A stretch of DNA of 64,000 bases from positions 11,268-75,267 of the forward strand of contig DATAEE010000314.1 of the NCBI GenBank assembly GCA_036258175.1. The letters are read 5' to 3'. Shown one piece after another: positions 1 through 8,351 of the stretch. Positions within the stretch are counted from its first letter, which is position 1. Every line of letters starts with the position of its first letter. A program made the position numbers and the translations under genes. Source of the stretch: Vicinamibacterales bacterium. GTDB lineage: Bacteria; Acidobacteriota; Vicinamibacteria; Vicinamibacterales; 2-12-FULL-66-21. Under the pieces are notes generated by a model that ran no database searches, was not told where the DNA came from, and saw nothing but the letters and a program-made list of their open reading frames with translations.

Positions 1-3
1 GTT

Positions 4-9
4 TATAAT
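4..9 (+). promoter_or_regulatory. Consensus -10 hexamer TATAAT 8 nt upstream of the TetR GTG start (putative promoter; the -35 lies outside the window)
   Basis: TATAAT at 4-9 and GTG at 18, with no Shine-Dalgarno between them. Such an AT-rich hexamer is rare in this GC-rich sequence. Confidence 0.3.
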
Positions 10-17
10 CAGCGCCT

Positions 18-656
18 GTGAGCCCCCGCCCCCGCCAGACGACCGACGCCGCGATCCTGGGCGCCGCCGGCCGCGCCATCGGCCGGGTCGGGCCGGTCCG
101 TTTGACGCTCGCGGATGTCGCGCGCGAAGCGGGCGTCTCGCCCGCGACGCTCGTGCAGCGCTTCGGATCCAAGCGCGGGCTACTGCTCGCGCTGGCGGCC
201 GCCGGCCCGGACGAGAACCGGCGGCAATTCGAGGAGATCCGCCGGGCCTATCCGTCGCCAACGAGCGCGCTCTTCGCGCTCGGCGACTGCTGGGCGCAGT
301 TCATGGGCACGCCTGAGGAGATCTCCAACGGCCTCGCCTTTCTGCAGATCGATCTCACCGACCCTGATTTCCGGCGGCACGCCGTCGCGAACGCCGAGTT
401 CGTCGAAGGGGAGACGCGGCGGCTGATTGCAGAAGCGCTGGAGGCGGGCGAGCTGACGGGCTGCGAGCCCGCGCCGCTGGCGCGCGTGCTCGGCGCGGCA
501 CTTCACGGCTCGCTCGTCAGCTGGGCCATCCACAGGAAGGGGACACTTGGAGACTGGCTGCGGCGGGATCTGGAGGCCGTGCTGCAGCCGTACCGGGTGC
601 GCCGGGCGCAGAGGACGCAGAGACGACTAAAACGCGGAGGGCGCAGAACCTCCTGA
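18..656 (+). CDS. TetR/AcrR family transcriptional regulator
   Basis: 212-aa ORF. The N-terminal HTH signature LTLADVAREAGVSPATLVQRFGSKRGLL is typical of TetR. Confidence 0.85.
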   Translation: MSPRPRQTTDAAILGAAGRAIGRVGPVRLTLADVAREAGVSPATLVQRFGSKRGLLLALAAAGPDENRRQFEEIRRAYPSPTSALFALGDCWAQFMGTPEEISNGLAFLQIDLTDPDFRRHAVANAEFVEGETRRLIAEALEAGELTGCEPAPLARVLGAALHGSLVSWAIHRKGTLGDWLRRDLEAVLQPYRVRRAQRTQRRLKRGGRRTS

Positions 657-711
657 TTGATTGGCCACTGCGAATCTCAGCGTGCTCTGCGTTGGAATCG
701 TCTCCGCGTCC

Positions 712-3700
712 TCACGCCAGCGTGTCTAGGAGCGCCCGCGCGGCGACCCCGTCGCGCGTCTCGTGCCCTTCGGTCAGGCGGGTGAGGACGGGAGCGAGCA
801 CCGTGTGGGCTTCGGCCGCTCGATTCCGCGCCGCAAGGAAGCTCGCATACGCGCGCGCCCCCCGCAGCGCCAGCCACAGCGCCTTCCGCCGCTCGGCGAC
901 CTCGATGCCTTCTCGAAAGGCTGCATCCGCGTCGGCGTCGCGGCCCAGGGCCGCGTGAAGCTCGCCCAGGATTCGGAAGTGCTCCGCGTCGTATGCGTGC
1001 TGCGAGGTCTGATCGGCCATCCACTTCGCGACCGCGAGCGCACGCTCGCCCTCCGCGTAGCGCCTGGCCCGCAGCATCGCGCCGGCGTGCAGGGTGTAGT
1101 AGAACGGCCGCAAGAGCGCCGAACGCGTGAAGGCCTGCGCCTCGAGTCCTTCCGCCATCTGGCGAAGCCCGCGGTCGATCTCGCCCAGCTCCACGAGCGC
1201 CCGCCCGCGGAGCGGCAGCGCCCACTGCAGCTCTTGCGCGATCCCGCGGGCGCGGCAGACCATCTCGAGCTCCTCGAACGTTTCGAGCAGCTCCCGTGGC
1301 TCCCGCCTTGCCAAGTGCGCGAACATCTCGAAAAGCAGCGCGAACGCGAGCGTCTGCGCATGCTCGAGCGCGCGCGCCTGCGCGACCGCCTCGTGCGCCG
1401 CCACGAGCCCGCGATCCGGGTAGCCGAGGACCAGAAACGTCCGCGATACCTCGCACCGGCAGAAGATCCCGGGGTCGATTCCCGTCTCCCATACCCGCGG
1501 GTTATGGAACGCCGGATCGTACAGCTCGAGTCCGCGCAGCAGATGCGCGTGTCCCTGCTCGAGCTCGCCGAGATGGAACTTGGCCGCGCCCAGCGACCAC
1601 TCGCCGATCATCTTGAGGTGCCGGTCGCCGATCGTGTCGAACAATGCGAGCATCTCGAGCGCGATATCGTGGGCGATCGCGATGTCGCCCGAGACGATGT
1701 GATGCGCCGAGAGCCCGATCAGGATCGGGATCGACCGGGCCGGGTTCTGGATCTCCCGGCATAGCGCGCGTGCCCTCGCGTACGCGCGGCCGACTTCCGG
1801 GACGGCGTACCCGCGGCTCGTCTTGACCGACAAGCCGTACGTCATCTGCAGGTCGAGCTCCGCGCAGACGCGCGCTGCGCTCGGCGGTTCCGATTCGAGC
1901 AGCGCCAGGCCGCGAAGCGCGAGCCGTTCCGTCTCCTCGTTCGCGTAGAGGCGCGCGGCCGACTGCGCCGCCAGGTTGAAATATTCCGCCGCGCGGAGAT
2001 TGTCGCGCGCCGTCTCGAGCAGCAGCGCGATCTGCGTCGTCCGCTCGCGGGCATCCTTGTCGTGCCTGTCGCTCTTGTCTGCCGTGGCGATGAGCGCGTC
2101 GGCGACGCTCCGGCTGAGCGCAGCGCGGCGCGTCACGCGCAGCGCGTCGTAAAACCCGTTGTGATAGACGTGGTGCACGAACCGGTACCGTAGCGTCAGC
2201 GTGCGGTCCGGATGCTCCCACTCGTCCACGAACCGCACCACGGCATGCTGCCGCTCGAGCCGCTCGAGCCGGTCCTCGATATGCGACTGGTCCTGACCCA
2301 GCGCCCGCGCGACGACCGCCGTGTCGAAGTCGATCCCCTGCACGCTCGCGGCGCCGAGCACCCGGCGATCGTCCTCGTCGAGCGCCTCCATCTTGCGCTG
2401 GATGAGGCTGCGGACCGACGGCGGCAGCTCCACCTCCACCGCCGGCAGCGGCGCGGCCAGCATCCACTGGCCGTTCTCCTGTTTGATGATCTGGCGCCGG
2501 CGCAGATCGCGCAGCAGGTCGGCCACAAACAGTGGATTGCCCTCGGTGCGCCGGTGGATGAGCGCCGTCAGCTCCGCGGGGAATCCATGACTCGGAAACT
2601 GCAGCCGGACGTACCGATCGATTGCCGTTTCGTCCAGAAACCCCGGGGCAACTTCGCGACACAAGTTGCGCGCCATGAGGTCCAGCTTCAACGACAGGAA
2701 GGGGTGACGTAACTGGGCAAGCTCGGACGGGCGGTACGTGGTGAGGACGAGGAGCCGCCGATTGTCGATACGGCGCGCGAGATAGCCGATCAAATCGATC
2801 GTCGACGCATCCGCCCAGTGCACATCGTCAAAGCACAGCACGACCGGGTGCAGCCGAATGATCTCGTCGAGGAGCGTCGCGATCTCGAGTTTCAAACGCT
2901 CCTGCGATCCACCAGCGGTCGCCGCGGCGAGCCGCTCGGCAGAAGATTCATTTTCCGGCGCCGGCATGATCTGCGCGTACCAGCTCGGGGCCAGCGTCTT
3001 GAAGAGCCGTGACAGCCCGCCGAGGCTCTCATGGCGCTGCAGGCTGTCGAGCGCCTCGAGCACCGGCAGATACGCTTCGCTCCCGGCCAGCCGCTCCGAG
3101 CAGCGGCCCCGTCCGACGCGGACGATCGCGCCGCCGTCATCGAGGTCGCGCAGGAAAGCTTCGACGAGCGTCGTCTTTCCCATGCCCGCTTCGCCCGCGA
3201 TCGCAACGAGCCGCCCGCGGCCGCGCTCGGCCCGCTCGAACTCCTGCAGCAGGACGTCCATCTCCTGATCGCGTCCGACGATGCGTCGCGCGCTGGCGCC
3301 GCGCGCCACCGGTACGGGAGCGGTGGCGAACGCGAGGAGCGGCTCCCGGACGGCGTTGAGCCGTGCCATCAGCTCGAGCGCGGTCGGCCGCAGCCGAGGA
3401 TCCTTCTGCAACGTTTCGACGATGAGTTGATCGAGCGCACGGGGCAGCTCAGGGTTGTGCGCCGACGGCGGGGGAGGCGTCTCCGAAATGAGCGCGTGCA
3501 GCGTCGCGAGCGGGGAGGCGGCGGTGAACGGGTGCTGGCCTGTGACGAGCTCGTACAGCATGATGCCGGTCGCGAACACATCTGCCGCGTCGCCGGCCTT
3601 CTGCCCCCGCGCCTGCTCGGGCGCCATGTATCCGATCGTCCCGAGGACACTGCCAGCTTCAGTGATTGAATTCGTGATTCCGGCCGCGACGGGATCTGGC

Positions 3701-4173
3701 TGCAGTCGCGCGAGGCCGAAGTCGAGCACCTTCACGTAGCCGTCGGGCCGCACCATCACGTTCTCGGGCTTGATGTCCCGATGAACGATCTGTGCAGCGT
3801 GCGCGACCGCCAGCGCTTCGGCAACCTGCCGGACGAGTTCGACGGCGCGGTCGACCGTCACGCCATCGCTCGCGATGCGGCGCAACGTTGCGCCTTCGAC
3901 GAGTTCCATCGCGACGTACCGGTCGCGTCCCGTCACGCCCGTCTCGTAAATCGTGACGATGTTCGGGTGGTTCAGCGCCGAGGCGAGCGTGGCTTCGCGC
4001 AGCAGGCGATCGAGCGCGTCGTCGCGATCGGCCGCCGCGGCCCGGATCAGTTTAACGGCGATGTCCCGTCCCAGGCGCGGGTCGTGGGCGCGATAGACCT
4101 CGCCCATGCCGCCGGAGCCGAGTTGCGCACGGACTGTGTAGGGACCGAGGGGAGTCCCTGGAGCGATGGCCAT
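712..4173 (-). CDS. Ser/Thr protein kinase fused to a P-loop (AAA/STAND-like) NTPase and a TPR-like helical-repeat region
   Basis: 1153-aa ORF. Hanks kinase motifs are present: GSGGMGEVY..AVK, HRDIKPEN, DFG, APE. Walker A is GEAGMGKTT and the Walker B-like motif is VLCFDDVHW. The long C-terminus is helical repeats. Confidence 0.85.
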   Translation of the reverse strand: MAIAPGTPLGPYTVRAQLGSGGMGEVYRAHDPRLGRDIAVKLIRAAAADRDDALDRLLREATLASALNHPNIVTIYETGVTGRDRYVAMELVEGATLRRIASDGVTVDRAVELVRQVAEALAVAHAAQIVHRDIKPENVMVRPDGYVKVLDFGLARLQPDPVAAGITNSITEAGSVLGTIGYMAPEQARGQKAGDAADVFATGIMLYELVTGQHPFTAASPLATLHALISETPPPPSAHNPELPRALDQLIVETLQKDPRLRPTALELMARLNAVREPLLAFATAPVPVARGASARRIVGRDQEMDVLLQEFERAERGRGRLVAIAGEAGMGKTTLVEAFLRDLDDGGAIVRVGRGRCSERLAGSEAYLPVLEALDSLQRHESLGGLSRLFKTLAPSWYAQIMPAPENESSAERLAAATAGGSQERLKLEIATLLDEIIRLHPVVLCFDDVHWADASTIDLIGYLARRIDNRRLLVLTTYRPSELAQLRHPFLSLKLDLMARNLCREVAPGFLDETAIDRYVRLQFPSHGFPAELTALIHRRTEGNPLFVADLLRDLRRRQIIKQENGQWMLAAPLPAVEVELPPSVRSLIQRKMEALDEDDRRVLGAASVQGIDFDTAVVARALGQDQSHIEDRLERLERQHAVVRFVDEWEHPDRTLTLRYRFVHHVYHNGFYDALRVTRRAALSRSVADALIATADKSDRHDKDARERTTQIALLLETARDNLRAAEYFNLAAQSAARLYANEETERLALRGLALLESEPPSAARVCAELDLQMTYGLSVKTSRGYAVPEVGRAYARARALCREIQNPARSIPILIGLSAHHIVSGDIAIAHDIALEMLALFDTIGDRHLKMIGEWSLGAAKFHLGELEQGHAHLLRGLELYDPAFHNPRVWETGIDPGIFCRCEVSRTFLVLGYPDRGLVAAHEAVAQARALEHAQTLAFALLFEMFAHLARREPRELLETFEELEMVCRARGIAQELQWALPLRGRALVELGEIDRGLRQMAEGLEAQAFTRSALLRPFYYTLHAGAMLRARRYAEGERALAVAKWMADQTSQHAYDAEHFRILGELHAALGRDADADAAFREGIEVAERRKALWLALRGARAYASFLAARNRAAEAHTVLAPVLTRLTEGHETRDGVAARALLDTLA

Positions 4174-4221
4174 CGAAACGGAAGATTCGGATTATACCGC
4201 GGCGCGCGACTATGGCCGCGC

Positions 4222-4251
4222 TTGCCGGCCCGGCGGTAATCGGACTATATT
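4222..4251 (+). promoter_or_regulatory. Putative sigma70-type promoter of the antitoxin-toxin operon (TTGCCG-N18-TATATT), ending 6 nt before the ATG
   Basis: TTGCCG at 4222-4227, TATATT at 4246-4251 and ATG at 4258. No Shine-Dalgarno fits in between. Confidence 0.4.
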
Positions 4252-4257
4252 TGGAAC

Positions 4258-4887
4258 ATGTACGAGGTCCATTTAGAACCCGATCCGGGTCCACATGCGG
4301 CAGGCGCCGTTCGGCACCTGGCGGTCGAGGCGTGGCGGCGGGCCGAAGCGATGGGCCTGGTGGAGGAGACGTCCGACACTCCCAGGAAGCTCGACGCGGC
4401 GGCGGTTGCCCGGCTGGTTCGACGGGTGCGGGCTGCGGGCATCGCCCGCGGCCCCGCGCTCAGGCTCGACAATGTCGAGACACCGTCGGCCGCTGAGCTC
4501 GCAGACGTCCTGAAGCTCGTCATCGCGGCGCTCGAGGAATCACCGGTTGCAAAATACGAGTGGCGCGCGGCGTCGCGGGTGCTTGACGTCGAGCGGCTTT
4601 CGACGCTTCTCGGCATCTCGCTGTCGAGCCTGCGCCGGTATTTTTCGGGCGCGCGCGAGACACCGGATGACGTGGCAGCACGCCTGCACCACCTCGCGCT
4701 CGTCGTCGGCGATCTCGCGGGCGCCTATAACGCGGTCGGCATCCGTCGATGGTTCGACCGTAAGCGCAGCGCCCTGTCGGGCCGATCGCCGGCCGCGCTG
4801 CTGTCCGGAAACTGGAGCCCGGACGACAAGGGTCCTCAGCAGGTTCGTGCCCTGGCGCGGTCGCTCGCTTCGCTGTCGGCGACATGA
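4258..4887 (+). CDS. Xre/MbcA/ParS-type antitoxin (C-terminal DUF2384-like toxin-binding domain)
   Basis: The C-terminal motif RRWFDRKRSALSGRSPAALLSG resembles the DUF2384 signature. The stop overlaps the RES gene start (ATGA at 4884-4887). Confidence 0.65.
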   Translation: MYEVHLEPDPGPHAAGAVRHLAVEAWRRAEAMGLVEETSDTPRKLDAAAVARLVRRVRAAGIARGPALRLDNVETPSAAELADVLKLVIAALEESPVAKYEWRAASRVLDVERLSTLLGISLSSLRRYFSGARETPDDVAARLHHLALVVGDLAGAYNAVGIRRWFDRKRSALSGRSPAALLSGNWSPDDKGPQQVRALARSLASLSAT

Positions 4888-5414
4888 TCGTCTTCCGCCA
4901 GACCGACCCACGCTATCCGTTTCTGTGGAGTGACGCGGCGCAGCTCGCGGGGCGTTGGCACGCCGAGGGTGAAGGACCGGTCCATTACTTCGCGGATACG
5001 CCTGACGGCGCCTGGGCGGAGTTCCTCAGGCACGAAGAGATCACGGACCCCGAGGACATCCCGACGATCCGCCGCGCGCTTTGGGCAGTGGAGATTGACG
5101 ATCAGGAGGGGACTGCCGTGTCGCTGCCGCAATCGGTCCTGACCGGCGGCCTCGACAGGTACCCGCGGTGCCAGGCGCACGCGCGTGAACTGCGCGCGCG
5201 GGGCGTCCGTCGTCTCGTTGCACCGTCGGCCGCGCTCCTGCCGGGCGGCGCGACGGGTCGGGAGGTCGCGCACGGCATGGAGCGCCCGGCCCGACGTCGC
5301 GACGGAAGCGTGATCGTGTTGATTGGATTACCTGAGGGGTTGGTCGGATGGCGCGCCGTGGAGCATGGCGCACCGCCGGTCGACGTGCTCCCGCGCGTGC
5401 GTCACTTCACCTGA
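4884..5414 (+). CDS. RES domain toxin (NAD+-targeting family, MbcT/Res/ParT-like)
   Basis: 176 aa. The Arg/Glu/Ser signature positions are in order: AGRWH, YFADTPDGAWAEFLRHE, LVAPSAA. It is translationally coupled to the upstream antitoxin. Confidence 0.7.
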   Translation: MIVFRQTDPRYPFLWSDAAQLAGRWHAEGEGPVHYFADTPDGAWAEFLRHEEITDPEDIPTIRRALWAVEIDDQEGTAVSLPQSVLTGGLDRYPRCQAHARELRARGVRRLVAPSAALLPGGATGREVAHGMERPARRRDGSVIVLIGLPEGLVGWRAVEHGAPPVDVLPRVRHFT

Positions 5415-5416
5415 CG

Positions 5417-5659
5417 TCACTCGTCCTTCGACGTTGACCCTGAGCCCGTCGAAGGGTCGAACGGGAACTCGTCGTCGCGTCGCGGCTGAGGGCCGGGACG
5501 AATCCCGGCGAGATCTGGATCCTCGTCGCCCGCCTGCCGCGGCGACGCGGCCCGCCGGGCCTTGGCTTGTAGCCGCCGCGCGGCTTTCAGGCCGCGTTTT
5601 TCCGCCAAATTGCGCTCGCGCTGACGCTTCAGCTGGGTGGGTCGCGACTTGCTGGGCAT
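5417..5659 (-). CDS. Hypothetical small charged protein (80 aa)
   Basis: It lies 18 nt downstream of the radical SAM gene on the same strand. Third codon positions are GC-rich like the neighbours. The N-terminal half is basic and the tail is acidic and Pro/Gly/Ser-rich. I recognise no family. Confidence 0.35.
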   Translation of the reverse strand: MPSKSRPTQLKRQRERNLAEKRGLKAARRLQAKARRAASPRQAGDEDPDLAGIRPGPQPRRDDEFPFDPSTGSGSTSKDE

Positions 5660-5677
5660 AGATCCCTCCTCCGGCTT

Positions 5678-7207
5678 TCAGATCGACGTGACAGGATCGA
5701 CGATCCTCGGGGCAGGAGCCTCGAGGTGCGGCATCGGCTCGGTCACGAAGAACCGTCGGCAGGCTTTCGCGAGCCATCGCGCCCACCGTTCGGAGCGCCC
5801 GCGTCTCGCGCTATCGGTCGCGATCCCAGTATTAGCGTACATCTGACGATACAGTTTGGAAATCAGGACGAACGCCAGGCGCGCCCGGAGCGATCGCACG
5901 CAGGCGGAGCGTTCCCAGATCATCGGCAGTCGATAAAACTCATCCCATGTCGCCTGCGTGCGGCGCCGAATTTCCTCCGCAGACATCACTGGATGGGGCG
6001 TGTAGATCTTTGGCCGCTGTGACGACGGAATGAGCCAGTACCGGGTCAATGGCGTCCTACCGTCGCGCTCGACTTCCTTCTCCCACTTCTCGAAATCGAT
6101 CGTTCCGGGAAACGGCGTCAGCATGACGAATTGCGCGAACGCGACGCCGGCGCGCTGCGCTACGTCCGCCGTGGCCTCGAACGTTTCCGGCTTGTCGGTC
6201 GGCAAGCCGAAGATGAACGACCCGAGGACGTGAACGCCATGCCGCTTGAATGCCTGGAGCTGCGTGACGAGTCCTTCGCCGGCGGAGTTGAAGTCCTTGA
6301 ACACCGCCTTCAATCCCTCCGGGGTGACCGACTCGACGCCGACGAGGGCGCCGTGAATACGCGCGCGCTTCATGCTCGTCAGGAATTCCGGATCCTCGGC
6401 TGCCTCCATCGTGATCTGCGTGTAAAAGACCAGATCGTCTGGAAGCCGGGACAATCGATCCATGAGCTCGAAGCGCTGCTGGCGGATCGCTTTGAGGTTC
6501 TCGAGACGCTCGGGATCCTTGCGCCGCGCCGCCGCAGCGAGGTCGCTCAGCGTGACCGGGTAGAAGTTGTCGTCGGCCAGCAGGATGAAGCGAAAGCCCA
6601 GCCGGCGCAGCTCGACGACCTCGCGGATGACGTCGTCGACGCCGCGCTGGCGCGGCTGCTGGCCATCGGTCCGCCAGACCGAGCAGAACGAACAGTGCTT
6701 GGGGCATCCGCGCACGGTCTGCACGGAACCCCACATGTATCGATCCGCGGGCAGCAGATCCCATCGCGCCGGCGCGAAGGAATCGGCGCCGACGCGGCCG
6801 CCTTCGTAGACCGGCTTCAGGCGACCGCTGACGTGATCGTCGAGCAGCCGAGGCCAGACGATGTCGCCGTCACCCTTGACGACTGCGTCGCTGGCGCCGT
6901 GCGTGCGCGCTTCATCAGGGTAAAGCGACGCGTGGATGCCGCCATAGACCACGGTGGCGCCGCGGTCCTGCGCGAGGCGGCCCACCTCGTACCCGCGTAA
7001 CGCGTTTGCGGTGTGAATGCCGATACCGACGACGTCGCCAGGAGCGACGGTCGCGGGGTCGAACCGCTCGAGCGTTTCGTCGGTGATGAGGGGTGCGCCG
7101 TACGACTGGGGCGTGGCGGCCGCCAGCACGTAGGGCCATCGTGGCGTGATCACGGCAGTCCCGAACGACAGGTCGCTCGGGTTGACCAGATGTACGCGCA
7201 TCGTCAA
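5678..7207 (-). CDS. B12-binding domain radical SAM protein (DUF4070-type C-terminus)
   Basis: 509 aa. It has an N-terminal cobalamin-binding-like domain and the CxxxCxxC cluster motif in VRGCPKHCSFCSVW. Confidence 0.85.
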   Translation of the reverse strand: MTMRVHLVNPSDLSFGTAVITPRWPYVLAAATPQSYGAPLITDETLERFDPATVAPGDVVGIGIHTANALRGYEVGRLAQDRGATVVYGGIHASLYPDEARTHGASDAVVKGDGDIVWPRLLDDHVSGRLKPVYEGGRVGADSFAPARWDLLPADRYMWGSVQTVRGCPKHCSFCSVWRTDGQQPRQRGVDDVIREVVELRRLGFRFILLADDNFYPVTLSDLAAAARRKDPERLENLKAIRQQRFELMDRLSRLPDDLVFYTQITMEAAEDPEFLTSMKRARIHGALVGVESVTPEGLKAVFKDFNSAGEGLVTQLQAFKRHGVHVLGSFIFGLPTDKPETFEATADVAQRAGVAFAQFVMLTPFPGTIDFEKWEKEVERDGRTPLTRYWLIPSSQRPKIYTPHPVMSAEEIRRRTQATWDEFYRLPMIWERSACVRSLRARLAFVLISKLYRQMYANTGIATDSARRGRSERWARWLAKACRRFFVTEPMPHLEAPAPRIVDPVTSI

Positions 7208-7229
7208 GTTGTCGGGTCTGTCGTCGAAG

Positions 7230-7583
7230 CTACCAGCGAGGTTCCGATCGACCTCCGCCGCGTCCTCCCCGTCCGCCGCCCCCGCCGCCGCGTCCCCGCC
7301 CGCCGCCCCCGCCGAAGCCTCCGCCGCCGCCTTCCGGCCGCGGGCGCGCTTCGTTGACGGTGAGCGTCCGGCCGCCGAATTGCGACTGGTGCAGCTCGCT
7401 GATTGCCTTTTGCGCGTCGGCGTCGCTCGTCATCTCGACGAACGCGAACCCGCGCGCGCGGCCGGTCGCTTGATCCCTCATGACTCGAACCGAGTCGACG
7501 GCGCCGACGCGCTCGAACAGTGCCTGCAGATCCGCTTCTCCTGTCTCGAAGGGCAGATTGCCGACGTAAAGTTTGCGGCCCAT
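7230..7583 (-). CDS. RNA-binding protein (RRM domain) with a Gly/Arg-rich tail
   Basis: RNP motifs KLYVGNL and RGFAFVEM are present. The C-terminus is GGGGGFGGGGGRGRGG. AGGAGA lies upstream of the ATG. Confidence 0.9.
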   Translation of the reverse strand: MGRKLYVGNLPFETGEADLQALFERVGAVDSVRVMRDQATGRARGFAFVEMTSDADAQKAISELHQSQFGGRTLTVNEARPRPEGGGGGFGGGGGRGRGGGGGGRGGRGGGRSEPRW

Positions 7584-7661
7584 TCAACGTCTCCTGTCGT
7601 GGCTCTCAGAATCGGATCGGCGCCTCGACGCGCCTGCGTGGTGTGTTCACAGTGAAGCGGC

Positions 7662-7737
7662 TGGAGCCGGCGGTCGGACTTGAACCGACGACCTGCTGAT
7701 TACGAATCAGCTGCTCTACCGACTGAGCTACGCCGGC
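7662..7737 (-). tRNA. tRNA-Thr (anticodon CGU), CCA encoded
   Basis: Manual cloverleaf fold: acceptor GCCGGCG/CGCCGGC, D stem GCTC/GAGC, anticodon stem GCTGA/TCAGC with loop TTCGTAA, T stem GTCGG/CCGAC with loop TTCAAGT, discriminator T then CCA. Confidence 0.9.
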
Positions 7738-7790
7738 CCTTTGTCGCGGAGATCGCGAAGGGCAAGGCGTCATTCTAGCACGCGGGCGCC

Positions 7791-8183
7791 TCACGGGACC
7801 TGCGGTTGCGCCGCGAACAGGCGCTCCGTGTCCTTGTTCAAGAGCACCCACAGGCCGTAGATCCCGACGATCGTTCCAATCGGAATCGCGAACAGCGCGA
7901 TGATCGACACGACGATACCAAGGATGCGGGCCCACGGCCGGAACTTCAAAAGACCCCACCCGGCAATCAGGCCGGGAATCGAGGTCAGAAAAATGAAGGA
8001 CACCAATCCGATGCCCGTGAGTCCGATGATTGGGATCGCGATTGCTGCCTCGTCGGGGTCCGCCGAGGCCCCGACAATCCCGCTTGCACTTCCAAACACC
8101 AGGATGAGGAAGAGGGCGAGGAACACGCCGCACGCGCTGATCACGATATGGAGTACTCCCAGCACCTTGACGTGAGTCGCCAT
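7791..8183 (-). CDS. Small integral membrane protein (about 4 TM helices)
   Basis: Hydrophobic 130-aa product. I prefer the ATG at 8183 (MATHVKV), which is preceded by AGGAGG, over the TTG at 8207 in the track. Confidence 0.6.
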   Translation of the reverse strand: MATHVKVLGVLHIVISACGVFLALFLILVFGSASGIVGASADPDEAAIAIPIIGLTGIGLVSFIFLTSIPGLIAGWGLLKFRPWARILGIVVSIIALFAIPIGTIVGIYGLWVLLNKDTERLFAAQPQVP

Positions 8184-8351
8184 CCGGAGACCTCCTGGCG
8201 GCGCCAAGTATATGCCGGCACAGCAGCCGCCTCAGCAAGCAGTTTTTTCTGAAGAACTGTGCATTCCTGGCGGAAGGTGTGCATAATCCCCGCGGAGGTC
8301 GGGCTCCCCAGCCGCCCCAGAGGACGGCCTCGCTCTAAGCCCGCCACTGGT

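Noticed and set aside
7662-8300. tRNA-Thr as an integration hotspot, or a genomic-island boundary for the accessory-looking left end.
   Set aside because: There is no integrase, no direct repeat of the tRNA 3' end, and no visible compositional break on either side of the tRNA.
8208-8351. Possible small RNA or riboswitch in the 144-bp gap that contains a TTTTTT run (8245-8250).
   Set aside because: No stable stem precedes the T-run on either strand, and I recognise no riboswitch consensus. It is most simply a divergent promoter region.
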